DNA of 24,391 nucleotides, from contig JBCBZT010000082.1 in assembly GCA_039815185.1 (NCBI GenBank), positions 1 to 24,391 of the forward strand. The letters run 5' to 3'. This DNA is from Cyanobacteria bacterium P01_A01_bin.123. GTDB lineage: Bacteria > Cyanobacteriota > Cyanobacteriia > Phormidesmidales > Phormidesmidaceae. Below are positions 17,588 to 24,391 of the stretch, one piece after another (within the stretch, counting starts at the first letter, position 1; each line of letters begins with the position of its first letter). Position numbers and translations under genes: made by a program. The notes under the pieces are model-generated. The model made no database searches and had not been told where the DNA came from. It saw nothing but the letters and a program-made list of their open reading frames with translations.

Positions 17588-18463
17588 CTATCTGACAGCA
17601 TAGACCATGAAAATGTCCATTACCCTGAATATTGCCCAATCCTCTTGAGCAACTTTGGTTCGATATCCATGGCGTTCAAGCATCGAAACAATTTGCTCAA
17701 CGCGATCATTGACGTTATGGACTTCGACAACAACTTGTCTAATTTTTCGCCAATCTTCCTGCTCAATTCCCGTCAGCACATCTAACTCACTGCCTTCGAC
17801 ATCGACTTTCAAGAGATCAATGCTACTAATATGATTCTCTCTCATCACTTCTGAAACTGTTTTCAACTCACAATTGACCTGCTTCGAGGCGCGTGTCTCA
17901 AATATGAAAAATTTGTTGAGATAAAGAGAAAGGGCTCCAAAGAGCAGCGATCGGAGGCCTGAAATTGAAAGGATCTTGACTAGAATCTGAGCCAGCTTGG
18001 CATTGAGCTCTGAAATGCGTTGCAAGTCAAGAACGATTGCCTTCATCCAGTCGTAGGGGCTGGCTTTTTGAGGTACGCTCGTCGCTGCTTCTGAAAAATA
18101 CATACTTGCAGTCATACTCAGTGCAGGGCTGTAGCTGAACTGTGTAATTTTGGCTGTGTTTGAGAGACCAACATTGCACAATATCGTGTCTGAAAAATAG
18201 CGTTCTGCATTGCTTTTCAGGACGTTAAAGGTCTCAGGGATGGGTTCAAATGCGAAGATTTTGAGATTTCGGAATGACTGAGTGAGCGAGAGCGAGAACA
18301 GACCAATATTCGCGCCAACATCAAAAATGCAATCCCCATCGCAAACTTGCACGCCGTGCTTGAGATAAGGCTGCATCTGAAACATCTCGTGATAGAGAAT
18401 TTTAGTATCTATCTGACTTAAGGCATTGATGCTTAATCCGTTCGGTAAACAAATATGCTTCAT
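17588..18463 (-). CDS. FkbM-family SAM-dependent methyltransferase
   Basis: IFDVGANIGLF, FAFEPIP and IDLLKVDVEGSE motifs; AGGAG RBS upstream of ATG 18463. Confidence 0.9.
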   Translation of the reverse strand: MKHICLPNGLSINALSQIDTKILYHEMFQMQPYLKHGVQVCDGDCIFDVGANIGLFSLSLTQSFRNLKIFAFEPIPETFNVLKSNAERYFSDTILCNVGLSNTAKITQFSYSPALSMTASMYFSEAATSVPQKASPYDWMKAIVLDLQRISELNAKLAQILVKILSISGLRSLLFGALSLYLNKFFIFETRASKQVNCELKTVSEVMRENHISSIDLLKVDVEGSELDVLTGIEQEDWRKIRQVVVEVHNVNDRVEQIVSMLERHGYRTKVAQEDWAIFRVMDIFMVYAVR

Positions 18464-18504
18464 AATTCTCCTTGCTCAATGATTTGCTAATCATGATTTT
18501 TTTT

Positions 18505-18528
18505 CCCAGAATTGGGGGGCTAGGGGGG
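18505..18528. repeat. Half-copy of the same cyanobacterial short dispersed repeat
   Basis: CCCAGAATTGGGGGGCTAGGGGGG resembles the right arm of the 8899-8966 element (CCAGAATTAGGGAATTCAGGGGG). Confidence 0.55.
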
Positions 18529-18554
18529 CCTGGATAGCTTTGAATTCGCTGATT

Positions 18555-20807
18555 TTAGTAATGCCTTGCCAATACATACCAACCAAACGCGCGCAGCTTG
18601 ACCTTCACATCCGAGTCTGGAACCAAAGGATCAAGATGCTTCCAAGCAGACTCTACCAATGCTTCAGCTTGCTGTTGACAATCTGCGATCGCGCCACACA
18701 TTTCGAGTCTATCGATCACGCTGGCAATTACTGTTGGATCAGTGGGTTTTGAACGAATCGTCAGCCATAGGTCTCGGCGCGCATCAACCTGCAATCTGGC
18801 CATTGCTTTTGCGACTGGCAGCGTAATTTTTCCACAGGCAATATCTTCTCCTTTCAATTTTAGATTGCCTTTAAAGCCACGTAAGTTCAACACATCATCC
18901 ACGATCTGAAACGCTAAGCCAAGCGACTCAAAGAACTGCCCAAGGGCTTGAGTTTGCTCTGGTGTTCCTTTTCCAATTAGACTACCAAGCTGGGCTAAAG
19001 AACTGGCTGGAACAGCCGACTTGAGTCGATGCACTGCCAAAACTCGTTTCTCTAATAGCTTGCCTTCACCTTGCTCAACGACTTCCGGCATCAGTGCATG
19101 GAAGCCATCAATATCGATTGCTTGTCCTGCATGAGCTGCGCGCAATGTCTCGAAGTAAATCTCATAAATCTTCAGCTTCTCTACATTGCTCAGGGATGAA
19201 TTGAGTAGTAAGATTTGCCCCAAAAAGTAGCAAGCATTCCCTGCATTAATTGCGATCGCTTCCCCATAGAGATGGTGACAGCAAGGCTTGCCTCGCCGAA
19301 TCTCTGAACGATCTTGAACATCATCCACGATTAGCGACCCCGTATGAAGCAATTCGGGCCAGACCAACCAATTTGCAAACGGTTGTGAATTACCGCCAAC
19401 GAGATCGATACAAGCTAAGACGGCATAAGACCGCCATGCTTTGCCACCTCGATCAATAACGTCTCGAATTGGTTTTAACAATGCACGACTGTACTGTGAT
19501 TGATCTAACCCCTCTAAGGAAAAACTTCTCTCTTTATTCGCCACAAGTTGATAGAGTTCCTCAGACGTTGGCGAAATCGGCAGCAAAGCCTGAATCGATT
19601 TCTGAGTTTCTTGGGCGACTGCCTGGAAGAAATGACTGAGTTTTTGGACCGGGTTAAACCCACTCCGCTCTACAAATCCTAAGCCACTCACCCCGTTTTG
19701 CCTAAATGTTCCCTCGCCTCGAATGCGACCTTCCCAGAATGCTGGTTTTGAAAGAATCGTGACGAATTCTTGTGCTGGAAATTCTGCTTTAATGATTAGA
19801 CTAATCTCTGCTTCTGGAATCTCTAACCGCCACTCAACCGGATAAGTATGAAAAGTTCGAGTGCTCGTCCAGTTTGTCAGCGGTTGAAACAGGAAATCTT
19901 GATAGTGACAAGCTTTTCCTTGCGGATCGATCACAATCGCCCAGCGCCCGCAGTTTTTAGCCAAATCAGCACTATCAAACAAATCGTAAACACTGACCTG
20001 ATAGCCATTGCTCAGTTGAATCGAAAGCCAATTCCAAGCAATATCATGCTTGATATGCCCTGCTGGCTGTTCTGCGGTGGGTTTGCCAAACTCATGATCA
20101 TACCAACCACTTCCTTCGACCGAGAAAGAATCATCCTCTAACGTCAGTGAGCCTTCAACTCGGCACTTCGGGATGAAATAGTAAAACATATTTTCATGAG
20201 CAGTTCCTCTAACGACACCTTGATCGCCATGGCGAACCACAGCGGTTTCAGGTTTAAAGTACAGTTCGCAACTAATTTGCTGTTCTGAATGTATCAGAGC
20301 CAGCTTGTAGGTACCGTCTTCAAGCCTGACAAATTGATTGCTATCTAAATCAAGGTCAAGCGAAGTTAAACTGACTTTTGGCTCTTTTCTCAATAATCGA
20401 TCGGGTAATGGAACATTACCTTTCTCAAATACCTCTCGTAGCGCTTTTTGAAGTAAGGGATCACTGCCTTCTCCCCCTTCCTTAATCATTTGCAATCCGA
20501 TCTGAGGAGCAGATTGATCTACTAATGAATCAAGCTGGTACTTTTGCTGCTCAACATCACAAATTGCCCAAGTCAGAGAATAGGCATACTGAAATGATTC
20601 GAGTTGCTGGTCTCGCCCAATCGCTAACCAAAAGAATGAAGCAAAGAGCGAGAATTCTCGACCATCGGCTGCTTTCAGATGGCTGTTGACGTACCACCAC
20701 TCTATTGTTGAAGACGCATGAGGCAGATCGTGAACTGCTAGATCGATCGCGCCTGCTTTGGGCCAATCTGCTGGAAGCTGACAAATAGACTCGAGTAACT
20801 GTACCAT
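18555..20807 (-). CDS. Fusion protein: N-terminal AttH/CrtC-like double-lipocalin domain plus C-terminal trans-isoprenyl diphosphate synthase
   Basis: N-half: EWWY (20691-20702), GWYDHEFG (DHE 20091-20099), WNWLSIQL, YPVEWRL, FWEG...GLGFVERSG. C-half: GGKAWR, FARM LHTGSLIVDDVQDRSEIRRG (DDVQD 19311-19325), GQAIDI, SARM FQIVDDVLN (18885-18899), GEDIACGK. GAGGT RBS before ATG 20807. Confidence 0.9.
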   Translation of the reverse strand: MVQLLESICQLPADWPKAGAIDLAVHDLPHASSTIEWWYVNSHLKAADGREFSLFASFFWLAIGRDQQLESFQYAYSLTWAICDVEQQKYQLDSLVDQSAPQIGLQMIKEGGEGSDPLLQKALREVFEKGNVPLPDRLLRKEPKVSLTSLDLDLDSNQFVRLEDGTYKLALIHSEQQISCELYFKPETAVVRHGDQGVVRGTAHENMFYYFIPKCRVEGSLTLEDDSFSVEGSGWYDHEFGKPTAEQPAGHIKHDIAWNWLSIQLSNGYQVSVYDLFDSADLAKNCGRWAIVIDPQGKACHYQDFLFQPLTNWTSTRTFHTYPVEWRLEIPEAEISLIIKAEFPAQEFVTILSKPAFWEGRIRGEGTFRQNGVSGLGFVERSGFNPVQKLSHFFQAVAQETQKSIQALLPISPTSEELYQLVANKERSFSLEGLDQSQYSRALLKPIRDVIDRGGKAWRSYAVLACIDLVGGNSQPFANWLVWPELLHTGSLIVDDVQDRSEIRRGKPCCHHLYGEAIAINAGNACYFLGQILLLNSSLSNVEKLKIYEIYFETLRAAHAGQAIDIDGFHALMPEVVEQGEGKLLEKRVLAVHRLKSAVPASSLAQLGSLIGKGTPEQTQALGQFFESLGLAFQIVDDVLNLRGFKGNLKLKGEDIACGKITLPVAKAMARLQVDARRDLWLTIRSKPTDPTVIASVIDRLEMCGAIADCQQQAEALVESAWKHLDPLVPDSDVKVKLRAFGWYVLARHY

Positions 20808-21181
20808 GATGACCTCAATGAAATAGCTTTAGGAGGTTCTTCTACAGGCGCTGCTTTAATTGCCCGAAATTGCAAACCTGCCGCTGAACCACGTTGAAAA
20901 ATTGTGAGTGAAACAACCGATAGTGCAAGGATCGTGCCAAACGTCAGTTCTCCTAAGGAGGCTGCTGCACTCAATGCGAAGTTGTCTACGTCTTCAATGC
21001 CGAGCAGGCAAGGGGCAATATCAGCATAGACCTCACCGTTGGAAAACCTTTGCGCATATCCCAAGCTTTCAGGCGGTAGCGGCACAATAAGGTTTTGGCT
21101 ACTTAGCTCAAAGGTACCGCCTGTGTCGGTCAGGCTGTCTCCAAATAAAACCAGGCGATCAAAATCAAGGGAAGCGTTCAT
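20738..21181 (-). pseudogene. Truncated SGNH/GDSL hydrolase (blocks I-II only), continuing into unrelated sequence
   Basis: AAGGAG RBS then ATG 21181. LVLFGDSLTDTG (block I), RFSNG, NFALSAA (block II-like). No block III G-x-N-D or block V D-x-x-H. The ORF overlaps the next gene by 70 nt. Confidence 0.72.
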
Positions 21182-21399
21182 TTTGTTACTCCTTACTATG
21201 TATGAAATGAGATAAACAAGGTTCAATCGACGCAGCTCAGAGCAACTGTTTGGTCGAGTATCTCTATTTCAGAGAGTAAGCGAGAGCAATCCGAGAAGAC
21301 ATGAGGCGAAAGCCCTATGTATCCTGGGACTTGAGCCATTATTTGAACATAAGACTTTAGCCCTGGGAGCTTTAGGTCTCAATAGTGCTTCAATCCCAT

Positions 21400-22296
21400 C
21401 TAGATTGAAGCGCTATCGCGAAACGATGCTACGAGATAATCCACAAAGGCACGAGCTGAAGGCTTTGCACTTTTTCCTCCAGCGAGCAATGCGTTAACTT
21501 CGACAGTCCCAATTTCCCAATCGGTAAGAAGTTGAACAAGTTCACCACTTTCGAGTTGTGCTCTACACCCCCAGAATGAAGTGGAAATAATTCCCATTCC
21601 GGCCACAGCAGCAACTGTTGACGCCTCATTGACGGTTAACATAAGCTGACCATCAACTCTGACGGACAACGTTTTGCCGTCTTTTTTAAAATTCCAGCCA
21701 GTTGACCCCATACTTGACGGTCCAATAATCACCTGATGCCCTGCAAGGTCTGCTGGAGTTTTTGGGATTCCAGCCTTCGCCAAATAGGCGGGAGAAGCTG
21801 CTAGTAGTCGTGTTGTTACCCCTAGCCGCCGCGCAACCATGGTTGAATCGCGGAGCGGACCAAAACGAACGGCAACATCAATACCCTCATCGATCAAGTC
21901 TTGATACGAATCAGTCACCACAAGATCAACATTCAAATCCGGGTGTTGAGCTAGGAAATCGGGAAGGCGAGGAATGATTTCGCGTACCGCGAAGCTGATG
22001 GCAACCCCCACTCTCAAGCGCCCCTGCAACTTTCCATCACTACGAACTAGATGGTTGGCCTCTTCCAACGCAGCCAGAATCGGGTCTATTCTCGCCAGAT
22101 AGTCCGCCCCGGCCTCAGTTAATTTCACTGCATGGGTACTTCTGACAAAGAGCGCCGCCCCCAGATCCTTTTCCAGCTTGGAGATGATTCTGGAGACAGA
22201 GGGCTGTGACAAGTCAATCTCTTGGCCCGCAGCCGTAAAGCTACCGGTTATGGCGACACGGCAAAACAAGCGTAAGGTCGAGATCCGATCACTCAT
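21400..22296 (-). CDS. LysR-family transcriptional regulator (CrgA/DmlR-like)
   Basis: HTH GSFTAAGQEIDLSQPSVSRIISKLEKDLGAALFVRSTHAVKLTEAG; effector domain DLIDEGIDVAVRFG, AASPAYL. Confidence 0.93.
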   Translation of the reverse strand: MSDRISTLRLFCRVAITGSFTAAGQEIDLSQPSVSRIISKLEKDLGAALFVRSTHAVKLTEAGADYLARIDPILAALEEANHLVRSDGKLQGRLRVGVAISFAVREIIPRLPDFLAQHPDLNVDLVVTDSYQDLIDEGIDVAVRFGPLRDSTMVARRLGVTTRLLAASPAYLAKAGIPKTPADLAGHQVIIGPSSMGSTGWNFKKDGKTLSVRVDGQLMLTVNEASTVAAVAGMGIISTSFWGCRAQLESGELVQLLTDWEIGTVEVNALLAGGKSAKPSARAFVDYLVASFRDSASI

Positions 22297-22354
22297 TCGT
22301 TTTACAAATAACTATTAGACATATATTACCTCTACCAATCAATAAACGAATGAG
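22292..22354. promoter_or_regulatory. Candidate LysR binding region in the divergent promoter
   Basis: T-N11-A box ATTCGTTTTACAAAT (22295-22309) overlaps the lysR start codon. Perfect 11-bp inverted repeat CTCATTCGTTT (22292-22302) / AAACGAATGAG (22344-22354). Confidence 0.55.
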
Positions 22355-22478
22355 CAATACTTAATCCATAAGCAGATGGCGCGGTTCACTTTCATCGAAG
22401 AACAGTGTTAAAGTCTGCGACTCTCACTCGAAAAACTAGCAAATTAAACAGCGTATAAACAGAATTGGAGGAATTAAG

Positions 22479-23024
22479 ATGAGCAGCAATTTTACTGTCA
22501 AGGTGTTTTTTAGAGGTGATTGGTGTCCGTGGTGTTCGGGCTACTTGAAAGACTTTAACGATAAAGCTCTTCATAAAATTCAAGAGCTTGGTGGAAAAGT
22601 TGTCGGAATTACTTCTCAAGCGGGAAACCAGTCCCAAAAAAACCTTGGCCTCAACTTTGATATTCAAATTGATGAGGAAAACATTGAAGCTAAAAAATAC
22701 GAGATTTTCATTACGCCTAAAGCTGAAACTCCGCTCAAAGATGTAGACGGAGCTTACCCAAACGGAATGGTTCAACCCGGAGTTGTTATTGAAGACTCTG
22801 AAGGAAAGATACTTTACAAGTGGGCAATCGTTCCTAGTGAGATGAATCTGGGTGGGGCTAGTGACAGACCATTAGTTGCAGATATTGTTGCTTCACTTGA
22901 GCAAATCCTTAAGGGCCAAGGAAACGGTGATTCATTTAACACAACTGACATGAATTACCTTGAGCAAAACCATCCTGAAGAATACCAGAAGGTTCAGGCC
23001 TACATTGCCTCTTTGAATCAATAG
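22479..23024 (+). CDS. Thioredoxin-fold peroxiredoxin-like (AhpC/TSA/redoxin) protein with CxxC
   Basis: VFFRGDWCPWC, VVGITSQ, MVQPGVVI (cis-Pro region); GGAGGA RBS. Confidence 0.8.
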   Translation: MSSNFTVKVFFRGDWCPWCSGYLKDFNDKALHKIQELGGKVVGITSQAGNQSQKNLGLNFDIQIDEENIEAKKYEIFITPKAETPLKDVDGAYPNGMVQPGVVIEDSEGKILYKWAIVPSEMNLGGASDRPLVADIVASLEQILKGQGNGDSFNTTDMNYLEQNHPEEYQKVQAYIASLNQ

Positions 23025-23168
23025 GATGCAAGCATAAGCAGAGGATAGAAGGGGAAAGGTTACCTAAGTCTGTAGAGTGGTTTACGAAAGCCTGAAAGCA
23101 TTGCCAGTCTTTGATTAGAGCTGGTGTACCCCCCTGCCACTACAAACCCACAAAACAGGAATAAGATT

Positions 23169-23834
23169 ATGTCTCTCCAAGAAAAACTCGACGCTTTTAA
23201 GGCAGACTTTGAAGCCAATAAGGCCCCTGCTGCAGCGGTGGAAGCCTTTCATCGTTCCACCCGTGAATTGATCGAAAATGGAAATGCCGAGCGCGCCCTC
23301 AAAGCCGGTGAACGAGCGCCCGAATTTACGTTGCCGGATTCAGACGGCAACCTCGTCTCTTCGAGAGCCTTGCTCACCAAAGGTCCCCTTGTACTAACTT
23401 TCTATCGTGGTGTCTGGTGCCCCTACTGCAATTTTGATCTACAAGCACTGGAAGAAATTGCTGACGACATCCGTTCCCGAGGTGCTTCACTTCTGGCAAT
23501 CTCCCAGCAAGGAGCTTCAAGCAGTCGCAAGTCCCAAAGGGATAACAATCTGAGTTATCCGATCCTCACAGACCAAGGTGGAGACTTGGCAGAGCGTTTT
23601 GGCCTGCGCTGGACATTGCAGCCCTATGTAATTGAATTCTTTAAGATGTTCCAGGTGGATCTTTCCAAGATCCATAACGATGACAAATGGACCTTGCCTA
23701 TGCCTGCAAGGTATGTCATCGACACTGATGGCACCATTGCCTACGCAGAGGTCAATCCGGATTATACTCGCCGCCCTGAGCCTAGCGATCTATTCCCGGT
23801 TCTCGAGCAACTTGGTCTTTCAGCAGTGAAATAG
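23169..23834 (+). CDS. Peroxiredoxin-like family protein (AhpC/TSA) with CxxC
   Basis: LKAGERAPEFTLPD, LTFYRGVWCPYC, WTLPMPARYVID, YTRRPEP. Start placed at ATG 23169 (MSLQEKL) after AGGA, rather than the track's GTG 23124. Confidence 0.9.
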   Translation: MSLQEKLDAFKADFEANKAPAAAVEAFHRSTRELIENGNAERALKAGERAPEFTLPDSDGNLVSSRALLTKGPLVLTFYRGVWCPYCNFDLQALEEIADDIRSRGASLLAISQQGASSSRKSQRDNNLSYPILTDQGGDLAERFGLRWTLQPYVIEFFKMFQVDLSKIHNDDKWTLPMPARYVIDTDGTIAYAEVNPDYTRRPEPSDLFPVLEQLGLSAVK

Positions 23835-23864
23835 CAGAGGAACGCACTATCGTCTCTCATTGGC

Positions 23865-23918
23865 TTGGTGTAGTACCCGAACACTACTACACCAACGCTG
23901 AGGCTGCGATGGCCTCAG
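23865..23918. other. Two tandem stem-loops between the redoxin and hydrolase genes
   Basis: TTGGTGTAGTA (23865-23875) / TACTACACCAA (23885-23895) and CTGAGGC (23898-23904) / GCCTCAG (23912-23918); no U-tract follows. Confidence 0.5.
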
Positions 23919-24000
23919 ACCCGTTCAAGCAACATGCCGCAGGAGCAATGAAGATTTTTGGAAGTAATTGACGCGAGTCCACCCTAACAAAAGAGGGATT

Positions 24001-24390
24001 ATGACAACTCAATCAGCGAACAACTTGACACAAGTTCGATACGGCACGGAACCGGTTGATGGCATCAACGTTTTTTACCGGGAGTCAGGAAGTGCCCAGC
24101 AACGAGCAGTCGTATTGCTGCATGGCTATCCGGCCTCGTCGCACATGTACCGTGACGTTCTAGCTGCACTGGGTGATGACTTTTACCTGCTTGCCCCTGA
24201 CTATCCGGGCTTTGGCAACAGTGACTTTCCAGACTCCCAGGATTACGAATACACGTTCGCCAATCTGGCCACAACGATTGACAAATTCCTTGAGCAGAAA
24301 GGTATCACCGAGTTTGTGCTGGGGATGCAGGACTACGGAGCACCGGTTGGTTATCGGCTAGCAACGAAATACCCCGACCGAGTCAAGGGC
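24001..24390 (+). CDS. Alpha/beta hydrolase, epoxide hydrolase/haloalkane dehalogenase-like (partial, runs off the right edge)
   Basis: GAGGGA RBS, ATG 24001: MTTQSANNLTQVRYGTEPVDGINVFYRESG...LLHGYPASSHMYR...APDYPGFGNSD...MQDYGAPVGYRLA. HGYP oxyanion motif and Asp nucleophile elbow QDYG. Missing from the ORF track. Confidence 0.92.
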   Translation, partial: MTTQSANNLTQVRYGTEPVDGINVFYRESGSAQQRAVVLLHGYPASSHMYRDVLAALGDDFYLLAPDYPGFGNSDFPDSQDYEYTFANLATTIDKFLEQKGITEFVLGMQDYGAPVGYRLATKYPDRVKG

Positions 24391-24391
24391 C

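Noticed and set aside
16292..22775. Shadow ORFs within the GT, prenyltransferase, GDSL, LysR and redoxin genes (e.g. 16351-16734, 19848-20141, 22392-22775)
   Set aside because: Antisense or alternative-frame overlaps with better-supported genes.
23632..24361. ORFs 23632-23829, 24065-24274 and 24173-24361
   Set aside because: Overlap the redoxin gene and the hydrolase frame starting at 24001.
1..24391. CRISPR array, tRNA/rRNA, transposase or integrase genes
   Set aside because: No regularly spaced repeats, RNA-gene signatures or DDE/tyrosine-recombinase motifs were recognised.

Overview
Cyanobacterial DNA, judged from 13 HIP1 GCGATCGC octamers, a Pix/Tax phototaxis operon and a PEP-CTERM remnant. 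An Acaryochloris/Leptolyngbya-like host is only a guess. From left to right: (1) A minus-strand STAND protein (HTH-like N-terminus, NB-ARC, helical repeats), absent from the ORF track because it runs off the window edge. Its last ~64 codons are an in-frame piece of an Lgt that looks alphaproteobacterial, probably an assembly chimera. It is divergent from an NfeD-like gene, with a symmetric GTTCA/TGAAC operator candidate between them. (2) A ~940-bp transposase-less element with 29/30-bp terminal inverted repeats, carrying a GNAT gene and a captured PEP-CTERM tail with its terminator. (3) A complete pixG-H-I-J-L-cheW-type phototaxis operon. Its soluble MCP has five GAF domains: one red/green-type CBCR, two DXCF CBCRs and two lacking the bilin-attachment Cys. 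(4) A compact putative terpenoid-glycoside cluster: an AttH/CrtC-like lipocalin domain fused to a trans-prenyltransferase, an FkbM methyltransferase and a GT1 glycosyltransferase with a PSPG-like box, preceded by a truncated GDSL gene. (5) A LysR regulator divergent from two CxxC peroxiredoxin-like genes and a partial alpha/beta hydrolase. The best candidates for an undescribed system are the terpenoid cluster, the HTH-STAND/NfeD locus and the cargo-carrying IR element. All family assignments come from motif recognition by eye; no searches were run.
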